NCBI RefSeq assembly: GCF_000011325.1
Contig: NC_003450.3
Span: forward strand, 2,940,001 to 2,972,000
Direction of reading: 5' to 3'
Source of the DNA: Corynebacterium glutamicum ATCC 13032
Lineage (GTDB): Bacteria; Actinomycetota; Actinomycetes; Mycobacteriales; Mycobacteriaceae
DNA: 32,000 bases
The translations under genes were made by a program, and so were the position numbers. Numbering within the stretch: position 1 is the stretch's first letter; each line of letters begins with the position of its first letter. The notes under the pieces are model-generated. The model was not told where the DNA came from and searched no databases. It worked only from the letters and a program-made list of their open reading frames with translations. Shown one piece after another: positions 17,497 through 26,290 of this stretch.

Positions 17497-18037
17497 GATC
17501 AGAAAGTCCCAGCAAGCTGCGGTAAGGAAGGCCTTCCGCTGCGATAACCTCATCTGCACCGGTTGCGCGATCGACCACGGTGGCAACGCCCACAACCTCA
17601 ATGCCAGCTTCACGCAACGCGGCAACAGCTGTCAGAGGGGAATTTCCGGTGGTGGTGGTATCTTCCACCACGAGCACCTTCTTGCCCGTCAGGTCAGGGC
17701 CCTCAATGCGACGCTGCATGCCGTGCTTCTTGGCCTCCTTGCGCACCACAAACGCGTTGATATCGCGGCCGTCGGCGTGCATGATGGCGGTGGCAACCGG
17801 GTCAGCGCCCAAGGTCAGGCCGCCAACTGCGTCATAGTCCCAGTCAGCGGTGGCTTCGCGCAGCAGCTGACCGATCAGGCGAGATGCGCGCGCGTGCAAG
17901 GTGGCACGACGGACATCGATGTAGTAATCAGCCTTCTTGCCCGAAGACAAGGTGACTTCACCGTGGACGACAGCTAGCTCTTTGATCAGTTCAGCAAGCT
18001 CAGCGCGCGCTTCTGCGTTAATGGAATTAGATGACAT
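17483..18037 (-). CDS. pyrE: Orotate phosphoribosyltransferase
   Basis: FTLSSGKKADYYID-type N-terminal region (here VTLSSGKKADYYIDVR) and the PRPP-binding loop KKVLVVEDTTTTGNS are present. The length is 184 aa. Confidence 0.95.
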   Translation of the reverse strand: MSSNSINAEARAELAELIKELAVVHGEVTLSSGKKADYYIDVRRATLHARASRLIGQLLREATADWDYDAVGGLTLGADPVATAIMHADGRDINAFVVRKEAKKHGMQRRIEGPDLTGKKVLVVEDTTTTGNSPLTAVAALREAGIEVVGVATVVDRATGADEVIAAEGLPYRSLLGLSDLGLN

Positions 18038-18136
18038 GGATTTCCCAGCCCTTCCCTAATTTGATGATTGAGGTTTAAACCCGCGTTTGTTACAGCATAG
18101 AACCTGGGGTGGACACGGCCGAAAAACACCAGTTTT

Positions 18137-19474
18137 CTACCACTTTTTTGGTGGCTCATCCGCGTCGGTGGAATCTTGGAAAATACTGGACTGACCATTG
18201 AGATCACGCAGCACACGCGTGCCATAAAGATCGCTCGGACGCTCTGGATCGCCCTCCGCAATCGACTCCACATCATCCGCACCCAATGACCGTGGCTCGA
18301 CCACTCCGCGGCTTTCCTGCACACCGCGAACCGGCATCTGCAACGGCTCCTCGGGGCGGATCACCAACGGCTGAGACAAATCTTCTTCCGAAGCATTGGG
18401 AGTAAACGCTGGCTTTTCTGGCTGCTCCGGCTTCAGACGGCTTGGTTCCAAATGCTTCAAATCCAAGGTTTGCGCACGCGTGGAACGAGGTGGCAACGTG
18501 AAAGACGCGTCCGTGAGCAGCGCCAACGGCCGCAAAATCTCTTCCCAATCGGAAGGCGTGGAACCCTTGATGGTTTCCGCCAACACCCAATCAGATTCCA
18601 TCCACACAGCAGTCACAGCTTCTGGCATGGAATCCAAACCGACGTGAATGCGCTCGTCGACAAAACGCTGCGCAACCCCCGCCACGTTACTGAGCAGGCG
18701 GAATCCAGAGACGGTATCAATCTCGACTAAATCATCAGATTCTTCACGCTCTGGATCGGCAGGCTGCTCACCGCGGCGCGCATCAATGACCACGTCAGAG
18801 GTAATTCCACGGCGCATCGCCATCACGGGCACGCCCGCCAAATCCACCAGATGCGTTTCATATCCTTCAGCCATGCCACTGACCACATCACGTGCAACGG
18901 CACCAGTCGATGCCGCACCCCTTGACCATTCATCGGTCAAAAAGGCATCTTCCTTGATGAAATCGAAGTGGTGCTTCGCCGCCCAGTTTCGGCGCTCCCG
19001 GCGCTGCGAACCAGGCAAAGAGCTCAAAAACGAATGCTTATCGACGCCCCGTTGCTCCTCGTCCGCAGCTACCTCCGCCGTGGCAGGGGCTTGAGGTTGC
19101 TCAGACTGCACTGGCTCTTCCGGGTAGTCTTCTACCTCAGTAAGCTCAGCCAAGGCATTTTCAACATCAGCATCGAGTTCAGGGGAATCATCAAAATAAA
19201 TGTCCTCAGCCTGATCCGGCTCAAGATCTTGAACTGGTTCTGGCGCAAATCTAGGCGCAACTTCCAGCTCTGGTTCTGGTTGCGCTTCTGGTTCAGGGTC
19301 CAGTTCTGGCTCAAACTCAGGGTCCGGCTCTTCTTCAACCAGCACGGGCGCAGGTGCGACTGAGCCCACAGGTGATTCAGCCTTTTTAGCTGCCTGTTTA
19401 GACGAGTCCGCGCGCCACAGTACGATGCCTGCCACCAAGATCAGTGCGGCGATGATCAAGACACTTATTTCCAT
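18137..19474 (-). CDS. Membrane-anchored protein with acidic Pro/Glu-rich spacer and conserved C-terminal domain
   Basis: The preferred start is ATG 19474 (MEISVLIIAALILVAGIVLWR, a single N-terminal TM). GTG alternatives lie at 19477 and 19486. A spacer of about 130 aa follows (EEEPDPEFEPELDPEPEAQPEPELEVAP...). The globular C-terminal half sits in the position of mycobacterial Rv0383c between pyrE and clpB (from memory). Confidence 0.8.
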   Translation of the reverse strand: MEISVLIIAALILVAGIVLWRADSSKQAAKKAESPVGSVAPAPVLVEEEPDPEFEPELDPEPEAQPEPELEVAPRFAPEPVQDLEPDQAEDIYFDDSPELDADVENALAELTEVEDYPEEPVQSEQPQAPATAEVAADEEQRGVDKHSFLSSLPGSQRRERRNWAAKHHFDFIKEDAFLTDEWSRGAASTGAVARDVVSGMAEGYETHLVDLAGVPVMAMRRGITSDVVIDARRGEQPADPEREESDDLVEIDTVSGFRLLSNVAGVAQRFVDERIHVGLDSMPEAVTAVWMESDWVLAETIKGSTPSDWEEILRPLALLTDASFTLPPRSTRAQTLDLKHLEPSRLKPEQPEKPAFTPNASEEDLSQPLVIRPEEPLQMPVRGVQESRGVVEPRSLGADDVESIAEGDPERPSDLYGTRVLRDLNGQSSIFQDSTDADEPPKKW

Positions 19475-19517
19475 CACATCACACACCTTACTGGCAGTGC
19501 GTACTCAAGCCACGATT

Positions 19518-20342
19518 TTAGGCCTCGATAGGATTCTCGGGGTTAGCGCTCCACTGTGACCAACCAGCAAAATAATGGCTCGCACCGGTTAGCCCCGCGT
19601 GCTCCATGCCAGCCAGCAACTGGGACGAGTGGTTACCGGAACCGGAATAAACGATGACGTTCTCTCCGCTGGTTACCCCCTTGTCCGCAAAAATCTGGCG
19701 GATTTCTTCTGGTGATTTGAAGGTGAAATCATCTTCCAGCAAAGATTTAGCGTTGATGTTGATAGCGCCTGGAATGTGTCCGGCTTTCAGATCGAGCTTT
19801 TCACTGCGACCCGCAAATCGTTGTTCATCGCGAGAATCAATCAAAATGCCCTGATGTGCCTTGACATCTTCGATGGTCGCTACCGACAGCTGACCTGGGT
19901 TGGGACGCACATTGCAAAAGTGCGGGAAGTTTCCAGGCCCGCCAGCGTGTCCCAGCTCATGGTCTTCCCACTTCTGGAAACCACCGTCAAGGATGCGAAC
20001 GTTGGGCATGCCCGCCCATCGGAGGATCCACCAGGCGCGTGCAGCAAAAAGGCCACGTCCCTGATCGTAAAACACGATTTCACGATCGGTATTCAAACCC
20101 CAGGTCCTGAAAGAACGTGCCAACACATTCAGCGGTGGCAGTGGGTTGCGGCCATCTTCAGAGGAAGGAACTCCGGAAAGCTCAAGGGCAGGGTCGCAGA
20201 AAATGGAAGTTGGGATGTGCTCAGAGCAGAAAACTGTGCGGCCTGCTCCTTCAATTGGAGCCCAGAAAGCAGCGAGAACAGTTTGTTTCTTACCAGCGTG
20301 GATTGATTCAGCAAGGGTGGACGGAGAAATCAACACGGTCAT
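19518..20342 (-). CDS. sseA1: Two-domain rhodanese-like protein (thiosulfate/3-mercaptopyruvate sulfurtransferase family) with Ser at the catalytic Cys position
   Basis: Tandem rhodanese architecture. The first domain ends ...GFQKWE and the second reads HIPGAININ...VIVYSGSGNHSSQLLAGMEHAGL...YFAGWSQWS. The preferred start is ATG 20342 (MTVLISPSTLAE), with TTG 20387 as an alternative. The symbol comes from my memory of cg3073. Confidence 0.85.
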   Translation of the reverse strand: MTVLISPSTLAESIHAGKKQTVLAAFWAPIEGAGRTVFCSEHIPTSIFCDPALELSGVPSSEDGRNPLPPLNVLARSFRTWGLNTDREIVFYDQGRGLFAARAWWILRWAGMPNVRILDGGFQKWEDHELGHAGGPGNFPHFCNVRPNPGQLSVATIEDVKAHQGILIDSRDEQRFAGRSEKLDLKAGHIPGAININAKSLLEDDFTFKSPEEIRQIFADKGVTSGENVIVYSGSGNHSSQLLAGMEHAGLTGASHYFAGWSQWSANPENPIEA

Positions 20343-20465
20343 AGCCCCGAGCCTAGGCGTTAATGTGACCAAGCGCAGCGCGGGCAAAACCTAACCGGTA
20401 TAAGACACCGAAACTTCCCCTACCATTCACTTTGGTAACCCGTTGGGGTGCGTACGCTAAGTATT

Positions 20466-21188
20466 TTAGCGCCAACCGCTCGTGAGGTAATCGGCTTCCT
20501 CGAACATGTGGAGGCTGTGTAGATCAATAACTAATTGCACAGGTGCCACAAAATTTAGCCTGTCCTGGGTGTAACTTCCCACCAGTTCCGTGACCGTTGC
20601 GGGCAGGAGAATTAGATCGGCGTCTTCTGCCACATCAACAATGGTGCCCAGCGCTGAGACATCGAGATCGTGGGCAGGTTCGTGCCACACAATCGAATTC
20701 CCCAGCACAATTTGTCCCATGATCACCGTGGCAGCCGCAGCGCCCGACAGCGCCCATTTGGTTTTGTGCTGTTGGAAAAGCTCCGGTAGCTCAGCGATGC
20801 CGCGTGGATTGAGTTTCACAAACTGCGCATCCTGGCGATGTGTGATGCCCTGAAGCGTTCCGGCTTCAGAGACAAGGGTGAGCGGATCGTTGATATTCCA
20901 CCGCTCAAAACGGTGCAACCAAGCGAGAATTTCCTGGTTGTGGGGATTTTCGGGGACGGAGGCGTCGATAAGCGTGCGCGCTGCAGCGGCCGCAAAGGGA
21001 TCGCAGGCGTGGTGCGCGGCGACCTTAATATCAAGCCCGAGCGCCAACGCGACCTCACGCAGCGTCGACAGGGTGGGCTCGCTGGTGCCATCGCCGACCC
21101 GCTTCAGGGTCGAGCGCGAGACACCGGAACGCCTGGAGATGCGAGTGGGTTGCTCCGCGGCGAGAGCAATCAATTCATCGATCTTCAC
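20466..21188 (-). CDS. HTH (XRE/Cro-like) DNA-binding protein with uncharacterised C-terminal domain
   Basis: N-terminal ISRRSGVSRSTLKRVGDGTSEPTLSTLREVALALGL is a helix-turn-helix. The remaining ~180 aa have no motif I recognise. The gene is divergent from the MFS transporter gene. Confidence 0.75.
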   Translation of the reverse strand: MKIDELIALAAEQPTRISRRSGVSRSTLKRVGDGTSEPTLSTLREVALALGLDIKVAAHHACDPFAAAAARTLIDASVPENPHNQEILAWLHRFERWNINDPLTLVSEAGTLQGITHRQDAQFVKLNPRGIAELPELFQQHKTKWALSGAAAATVIMGQIVLGNSIVWHEPAHDLDVSALGTIVDVAEDADLILLPATVTELVGSYTQDRLNFVAPVQLVIDLHSLHMFEEADYLTSGWR

Positions 21189-21342
21189 AACAAACCATGC
21201 TAATCATCACGGTTTTTCGCTCAGGCACCGGCCAACGCTTTTCGACGCGCCCCTCCACCTTTTCAGTAGCGTCACGGGCGCCAATCCTGTATTTTTAGCA
21301 GCAGTTTGAGGGTTTTTGCTCCCCATCTTTAGGAGACACCCC

Positions 21343-22722
21343 GTGTCCACGTTTCATAAAGTTCTGATCAACACCATGATCTCCAACGTCACCACTGGAT
21401 TTCTGTTCTTTGCCGTGGTGTTTTGGATGTATCTTTCCACTGGCAACGTCGCACTGACCGGCATCGTCAGTGGAATTTACATGGGTTTGATCGCCGTTTG
21501 TTCCATCTTTTTCGGAACCGTTGTTGATCACAATCGCAAGAAGTCCGTCATGCTGTTTTCCAGCGTCACCACACTCGTGTTTTATTGTCTCAGTGCCCTG
21601 GTGTGGGTGTTTTGGCTGGAGGAAGACGGCCTGAGCATCGGAAATACCGCCCTGTGGGTGTTCGTTTCTTTCATCCTCATCGGATCAATCGTGGAACACA
21701 TGCGCAACATCGCACTGTCCACCGTGGTCACGCTGTTGGTTCCTGAAGCTGAACGCGACAAAGCAAACGGCCTGGTAGGAGCCGTGCAAGGTGTTGGATT
21801 TTTAGTCACCAGCGTCATTGCTGGTTCCGCCATCGGGTTCTTGGGCATGGAAATCACCCTGTGGATCTGCCTTGGGCTCTCACTTGTCGCGCTGCTGCAC
21901 CTGCTGCCGATTCGCGTCGACGAACCGGAAATCATCACCCAAGAAGACGCACAGCCTACTGTTTCTGACGATTCAGTTCCCACACCTACCTCCGATTTGG
22001 CGATCGTGTCCAAAGGCATCGACCTAAAAGGATCAATGAAAATCATCCTGAGTGTTCCGGGACTGCTCGCGCTTGTGTTGTTTGCGTCCTTCAACAACCT
22101 CATCGGCGGCGTGTACTCCGCACTCATGGACCCTTACGGCCTGGAACTTTTCAGCCCACAGCTGTGGGGGCTACTGCTTGGACTCACCAGCCTCGGCTTC
22201 ATCGTTGGTGGTGCTGTGATCTCCAAAACTGGCTTGGGCAAAAACCCTGTGCGCACCTTGCTGCTGGTTAATGTTGGTGTGGCTTTTGTTGGCATGTTAT
22301 TTGCCATTCGCGAATGGTGGTGGCTCTACATCCTGGGCATTTTCATCTTCATGGCTATCACCCCAGCTGCCGAAGCCGCAGAACAAACCATCCTTCAACG
22401 AGTCGTCCCATTCCGCCAACAAGGCCGCGTATTTGGACTAGCCATGGCAGTGGAAATGGCAGCCAACCCGCTCTCCACAGTGATCGTGGCGATTTTGGCC
22501 GAAGCCTACCTCATTCCATGGATGGCTGGCCCCGGCGCGGACACCATCTGGGGCGTGATCCTCGGCGAGGGTAAAGCTCGCGGCATGGCACTGATGTTCC
22601 TCGCATCAGGTGCCATCATGTTGGTTGTCGTGCTGTTGGCATTCATGTCGAGGTCCTACCGGAAACTCAGCCAGTACTACGCCACCACCAGCCAAGACAT
22701 TGCGGGAGCTGCTGAGAAGTAA
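21343..22722 (+). CDS. MFS transporter (MFS_3/EntS-like, 12 TM)
   Basis: The preferred start is GTG 21343, 6 nt after AGGAGA (21331-21336). The track ORF starts at TTG 21316. VDHNRKKSVML is the MFS loop 2-3 motif. There are two six-helix halves separated by an acidic loop (VDEPEIITQEDAQPTVSDDS). Confidence 0.9.
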   Translation: MSTFHKVLINTMISNVTTGFLFFAVVFWMYLSTGNVALTGIVSGIYMGLIAVCSIFFGTVVDHNRKKSVMLFSSVTTLVFYCLSALVWVFWLEEDGLSIGNTALWVFVSFILIGSIVEHMRNIALSTVVTLLVPEAERDKANGLVGAVQGVGFLVTSVIAGSAIGFLGMEITLWICLGLSLVALLHLLPIRVDEPEIITQEDAQPTVSDDSVPTPTSDLAIVSKGIDLKGSMKIILSVPGLLALVLFASFNNLIGGVYSALMDPYGLELFSPQLWGLLLGLTSLGFIVGGAVISKTGLGKNPVRTLLLVNVGVAFVGMLFAIREWWWLYILGIFIFMAITPAAEAAEQTILQRVVPFRQQGRVFGLAMAVEMAANPLSTVIVAILAEAYLIPWMAGPGADTIWGVILGEGKARGMALMFLASGAIMLVVVLLAFMSRSYRKLSQYYATTSQDIAGAAEK

Positions 22723-22727
22723 GTGCT

Positions 22728-23009
22728 CTAGACCGTTGTTTGATTGGCTTTTCTTGCCTGTTGAACGAGGGAAAGAAAAACAAACAGTCCTGAAGCTACA
22801 CCCAAAGAAGCAGCATAAATTGGTTCCGCAGGGAACCCATTGGCAACAAAACACAAGATAATCATTGCGCCAACTTGCCAAACCGGGGCCCGCTTTTTCC
22901 AAAATCGAACTGTGGAGAATTTATTAATCCCCCATGACAAGGCAACAAGGAGGCCGATGAAAGCTATGGCTAAAAGAACTTGATTCAGAGTTAGCGAGTA
23001 AATGAACAA
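22728..23009 (-). CDS. Small hydrophobic protein (3 TM), possibly the 3' part of a frameshifted gene
   Basis: TTG-initiated 93-aa ORF, FIYSLTLNQVLLAIAFIGLLVALSWG...VWQVGAMIILCFVANGF...ASLGVASGLFVFLSLV. It lies in an AT-rich patch (20/60 G+C at 22981-23040). A hydrophobic ORF in another frame (22924-23112) abuts it at an A7 run. Confidence 0.45.
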   Translation of the reverse strand: MFIYSLTLNQVLLAIAFIGLLVALSWGINKFSTVRFWKKRAPVWQVGAMIILCFVANGFPAEPIYAASLGVASGLFVFLSLVQQARKANQTTV

Positions 23010-23195
23010 TCCAAAAAAACATAGAAGCGATAAAACTCTGCCAGTACATATTCACCTTGAGAGGCTTTGGGTATCGGTAGTCAACTGATACAGAGGGATC
23101 TATTAAGTACATTTAAGAGTACTTCACTTTGAATCGTTGTTCTGGGATTCTCTCAACCCCGGGCCTAAAACGTCAGCTCTCTACAATTAGGCGCT

Positions 23196-23597
23196 CTATA
23201 ACGCCCTGAAAATTACCCCCTGAGCATGCAGATCATCGAGCAGGATCTCCAAACCGTGCGACGGTGAATCGGGGGCAATATTGACAGTTAGCATTTCTGA
23301 CATGGGAGCTTCCACGTGTAGCCCAAGTGTTTCTAGTTGGGCTCGCACGTGGTCAGCAGCGATGGCATCAACGAGCACCCGGAGGGTTTTGTTTCCGCCA
23401 GCAACTGCCACTTCTTGAAATTCCAAGACCTCATCAACATGATGTGCCCGCACGACGTCACCCAGGGCACAGTCCTGGGCGACAGCCGGCAAAGTGGCTA
23501 CCAGGTAGTAGCCTTCGGCAAGCAGTTCTACACCTACCTCTTCTGATTCCACTCCCGGAACATCGAGAGGAATGCGCAGCTTTTCCTGCTTGCCCAC
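23196..23597 (-). CDS. Hypothetical 133-aa acidic protein, translationally coupled to clpB
   Basis: The GTG at 23597 lies 6 nt after the clpB stop (TAA 23604-23606), and composition is coding-like. It possibly belongs to a DUF-type family (I suspect DUF4265 but cannot verify). Confidence 0.65.
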   Translation of the reverse strand: MGKQEKLRIPLDVPGVESEEVGVELLAEGYYLVATLPAVAQDCALGDVVRAHHVDEVLEFQEVAVAGGNKTLRVLVDAIAADHVRAQLETLGLHVEAPMSEMLTVNIAPDSPSHGLEILLDDLHAQGVIFRAL

Positions 23598-23603
23598 GAG
23601 CCG

Positions 23604-26162
23604 TTAGACCGCCCTGGAAACGTCGAGCTTCTGGCCGCCGTCGGCGACGTCGACAAGCACACCATCGCCATCACGGACGTTGCCTGCCAGCAGTTCCTTA
23701 GCCAAAGTATCACCGATGGCCTGCTGGATCAGCCTGCGCAACGGACGAGCACCATAAGCAGGGTCGTAGCCACGCTCCGCCAGCCAAGCCTTCGCGCTGT
23801 CGCTGACTCGAAGGTTAAGCCTGCGGCCAGCCAAACGGTCAGTCAGCTGCTTGATCTGGATATCAACGATGCTGGTCAGCTGCTCAGGGGACAAACGATC
23901 GAAGATCACAACATCATCGAGACGGTTCACGAACTCAGGCTTGAATGCCATCTTCACAGCATCCATCATTTGTTCGCGAGTACCGCCTGCGCCCAGGTTA
24001 GAGGTGAGGATCAAGATGGTGTTGCGGAAATCCACGGTCCGGCCTTGGCCGTCGGTGAGGCGACCCTCGTCGAGAACCTGCAGGAGGATATCGAAGACAT
24101 CAGGGTGAGCCTTCTCCACCTCGTCGAAAAGCACGACGGTGTACGGACGACGGCGCACTGCCTCAGTGAGTTGACCGCCCTGGTCATAGCCGACGTATCC
24201 CGGAGGGGCACCGACCAGACGAGCAACCGAGTGCTTCTCACCGTATTCGGACATATCGATGCGGATCATGGCGCGATCATCATCGAAGAGGAACTCCGCG
24301 ACAGCCTTGGCCAGCTCAGTCTTACCGACGCCGGTAGGTCCAAGGAACAGGAAGGAACCAGTTGGACGGTTTGGATCGGCAACACCCGCGCGTGAACGAC
24401 GCACCGCGTCAGACACTGCAGTTACCGCTTCTAGCTGACCGACCACACGGTTGCCCAAGACGCGCTCCATGTTGAGCAGCTTCTCGGTCTCACCCTGCAT
24501 CATCTTGCCTGCAGGAATGCCCGTCCATGCGGAAACCACATCGGCGATCGTGTCTGGCGTGACCTCCTCAGTGAGCATGGCATTTTCATTGACCTCGACC
24601 TTGGATTCTGCATCCTCGATCTGCTTTTCCAGCTCAGGGATTCGGCCGTAGCGCAGCTCTGCGACACGACCATAATTGCCGTCACGTTCTGCAATATCCG
24701 ACTCAGAACGCAGCGCTTCCAGCTCTTCCTTCATCTCACGGACATCGTCAATAGCAGTTTTCTCATTCTGCCAACGAGCCTTCAACTCAGAGAGCTTTTC
24801 GCGTTCATCAGCAAGTTCCGAGCGCAGCTTTTCTAGACGTTCCTTGGAAGCTGCATCGGATTCCTTGGACAGCGCCATCTCTTCGATCTCGAGGCGGCGG
24901 ACGATACGCTCCAGCTCATCGATTTCCTGAGGTGAAGAATCAATCTCCATGCGCAGGCGTGATGCTGCCTCATCAACTAAGTCAATAGCCTTATCAGGAA
25001 GGAAACGGCTGGTGATATAGCGGTTTGAGAGTTCAGCTGCGGCGACCAGTGCGGAGTCCTGGATGCGGACACCGTGATGGACCTCGTAGCGTTCCTTCAA
25101 TCCACGAAGAATACCGATGGCATCTTCTACCGTTGGCTCACCGACATAAACCTGCTGGAACCTACGCTCCAGGGCAGCGTCCTTTTCGATGTACTTGCGG
25201 TACTCATTCAGCGTGGTGGCACCAACCAAGCGCAGCTCACCGCGGGCAAGCAGTGGCTTAATCATGTTTCCGGCATCCATGGCGGATTCACCCGAAGCAC
25301 CAGCGCCGACGATGGTGTGCAGCTCATCGATGAAGGTAACGACTTCGCCGTTAGCTCCCTTGATCTCATCCAGAACAGCCTTCAGTCGCTCCTCGAATTC
25401 ACCGCGATACTTAGCGCCGGCAACCATGGAACCAAGATCAAGACTGATCAGAGTTTTGCCCTTGAGGGATTCTGGAACGTCACCAGCAACGATGCGGCGT
25501 GCAAGGCCTTCCACGATGGCGGTTTTACCGACACCTGGCTCACCGATCAGAACAGGGTTGTTCTTGGTACGACGGCTAAGCACCTGAACGACGCGACGAA
25601 TTTCCTGGTCACGGCCAATAACAGGATCAATCTTGCCTTCACGAGCAAGCTTGGTCAGGTCAGTGGAGTACTTTTCCAAAGCCTGGAACTGTCCCTCTGG
25701 ATCCTGAGTGGTGACACGCTGAGATCCACGAACCGAAGGGAAAGCCTCTTTGATGGCGTCATAGGTTGCACCCTTGTTGGTCAACAGATCCGCAGCATCA
25801 GACTTTCCGCGAGCGATACCGGCAAGAAGTACTTCGGTTGAGACGTACTCATCGCCCAACTCACCGGCAAGCTCCTGAGCTGCAGTGAACGCATTGAGGG
25901 CATCCCGGTTGAAGTTTGGATTAGCCATATTGGCGCCAGAAGCCTTGGGGTAAGAAGCAACCAACTTCTTGGCCTCTGCGAGGATCTCCTTAGGATCCAC
26001 ACCAGTAGCCATGAGGACTGGCGCTGCTACGCCATCAGTTTGCTCCAAGATGGCAGCCAACAGGTGAGCTGGACGAATATCAGGGTTGCCAGCCGAGGAT
26101 GCCTGCTGAAGAGCAGCCTGCATGGCTTCATTGGTTTTGGTAGTTGGATTGAATGAACTCAT
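23604..26162 (-). CDS. clpB: ATP-dependent chaperone/disaggregase ClpB
   Basis: Clp N-domain is present. NBD1 Walker A is [16 protein letters not shown] long coiled-coil M-domain follows. NBD2 Walker A is [15 protein letters not shown], and the sensor region [10 protein letters not shown] is present. The length of 852 aa is typical of ClpB. Confidence 0.98.
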   Translation of the reverse strand: MSSFNPTTKTNEAMQAALQQASSAGNPDIRPAHLLAAILEQTDGVAAPVLMATGVDPKEILAEAKKLVASYPKASGANMANPNFNRDALNAFTAAQELAGELGDEYVSTEVLLAGIARGKSDAADLLTNKGATYDAIKEAFPSVRGSQRVTTQDPEGQFQALEKYSTDLTKLAREGKIDPVIGRDQEIRRVVQVLSRRTKNNPVLIGEPGVGKTAIVEGLARRIVAGDVPESLKGKTLISLDLGSMVAGAKYRGEFEERLKAVLDEIKGANGEVVTFIDELHTIVGAGASGESAMDAGNMIKPLLARGELRLVGATTLNEYRKYIEKDAALERRFQQVYVGEPTVEDAIGILRGLKERYEVHHGVRIQDSALVAAAELSNRYITSRFLPDKAIDLVDEAASRLRMEIDSSPQEIDELERIVRRLEIEEMALSKESDAASKERLEKLRSELADEREKLSELKARWQNEKTAIDDVREMKEELEALRSESDIAERDGNYGRVAELRYGRIPELEKQIEDAESKVEVNENAMLTEEVTPDTIADVVSAWTGIPAGKMMQGETEKLLNMERVLGNRVVGQLEAVTAVSDAVRRSRAGVADPNRPTGSFLFLGPTGVGKTELAKAVAEFLFDDDRAMIRIDMSEYGEKHSVARLVGAPPGYVGYDQGGQLTEAVRRRPYTVVLFDEVEKAHPDVFDILLQVLDEGRLTDGQGRTVDFRNTILILTSNLGAGGTREQMMDAVKMAFKPEFVNRLDDVVIFDRLSPEQLTSIVDIQIKQLTDRLAGRRLNLRVSDSAKAWLAERGYDPAYGARPLRRLIQQAIGDTLAKELLAGNVRDGDGVLVDVADGGQKLDVSRAV

Positions 26163-26259
26163 CTTTCAACGCCCTTTCTTTGTTGGGCGCCAACCTACAC
26201 AATCAGTGTTGATCTCAATTTCCTGCAGGTCAAGCGCCATTATTTAACTCTCTAATATC

Positions 26260-26290
26260 TATAACGCACAAAGAGTTGAGTATGTTCCAC
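26260..26290 (-). promoter_or_regulatory. Candidate SigH-type (ECF) promoter of clpB overlapping the HAIR
   Basis: The minus strand reads GGAAC (plus 26284-26288), then 18 nt, then GTT (plus 26263-26265). This fits the GGAA-N18-20-GTT pattern of actinobacterial SigH/SigE-class promoters. The -35 element lies in the HAIR spacer. Confidence 0.5.

Noticed and set aside
17351-17977. 208-aa ORF on the + strand
   Set aside because: It is antisense to the SpoU gene and pyrE. It is Arg/Gly-rich, as expected for the reverse frame of GC-rich coding DNA.
19140-19340. Periodic ctggttc/cagggtc DNA that looks like a non-coding repeat array
   Set aside because: It lies in frame inside the 449-aa ORF and encodes the Pro/Glu-rich spacer. 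This is a coding low-complexity region. It is neither a CRISPR array nor a satellite repeat.
19776-20306. 176-aa ORF on the + strand
   Set aside because: It is antisense to the rhodanese gene. This is a shadow ORF.
25074-25841. 255-aa ORF on the + strand
   Set aside because: It is antisense to clpB. This is a shadow ORF.
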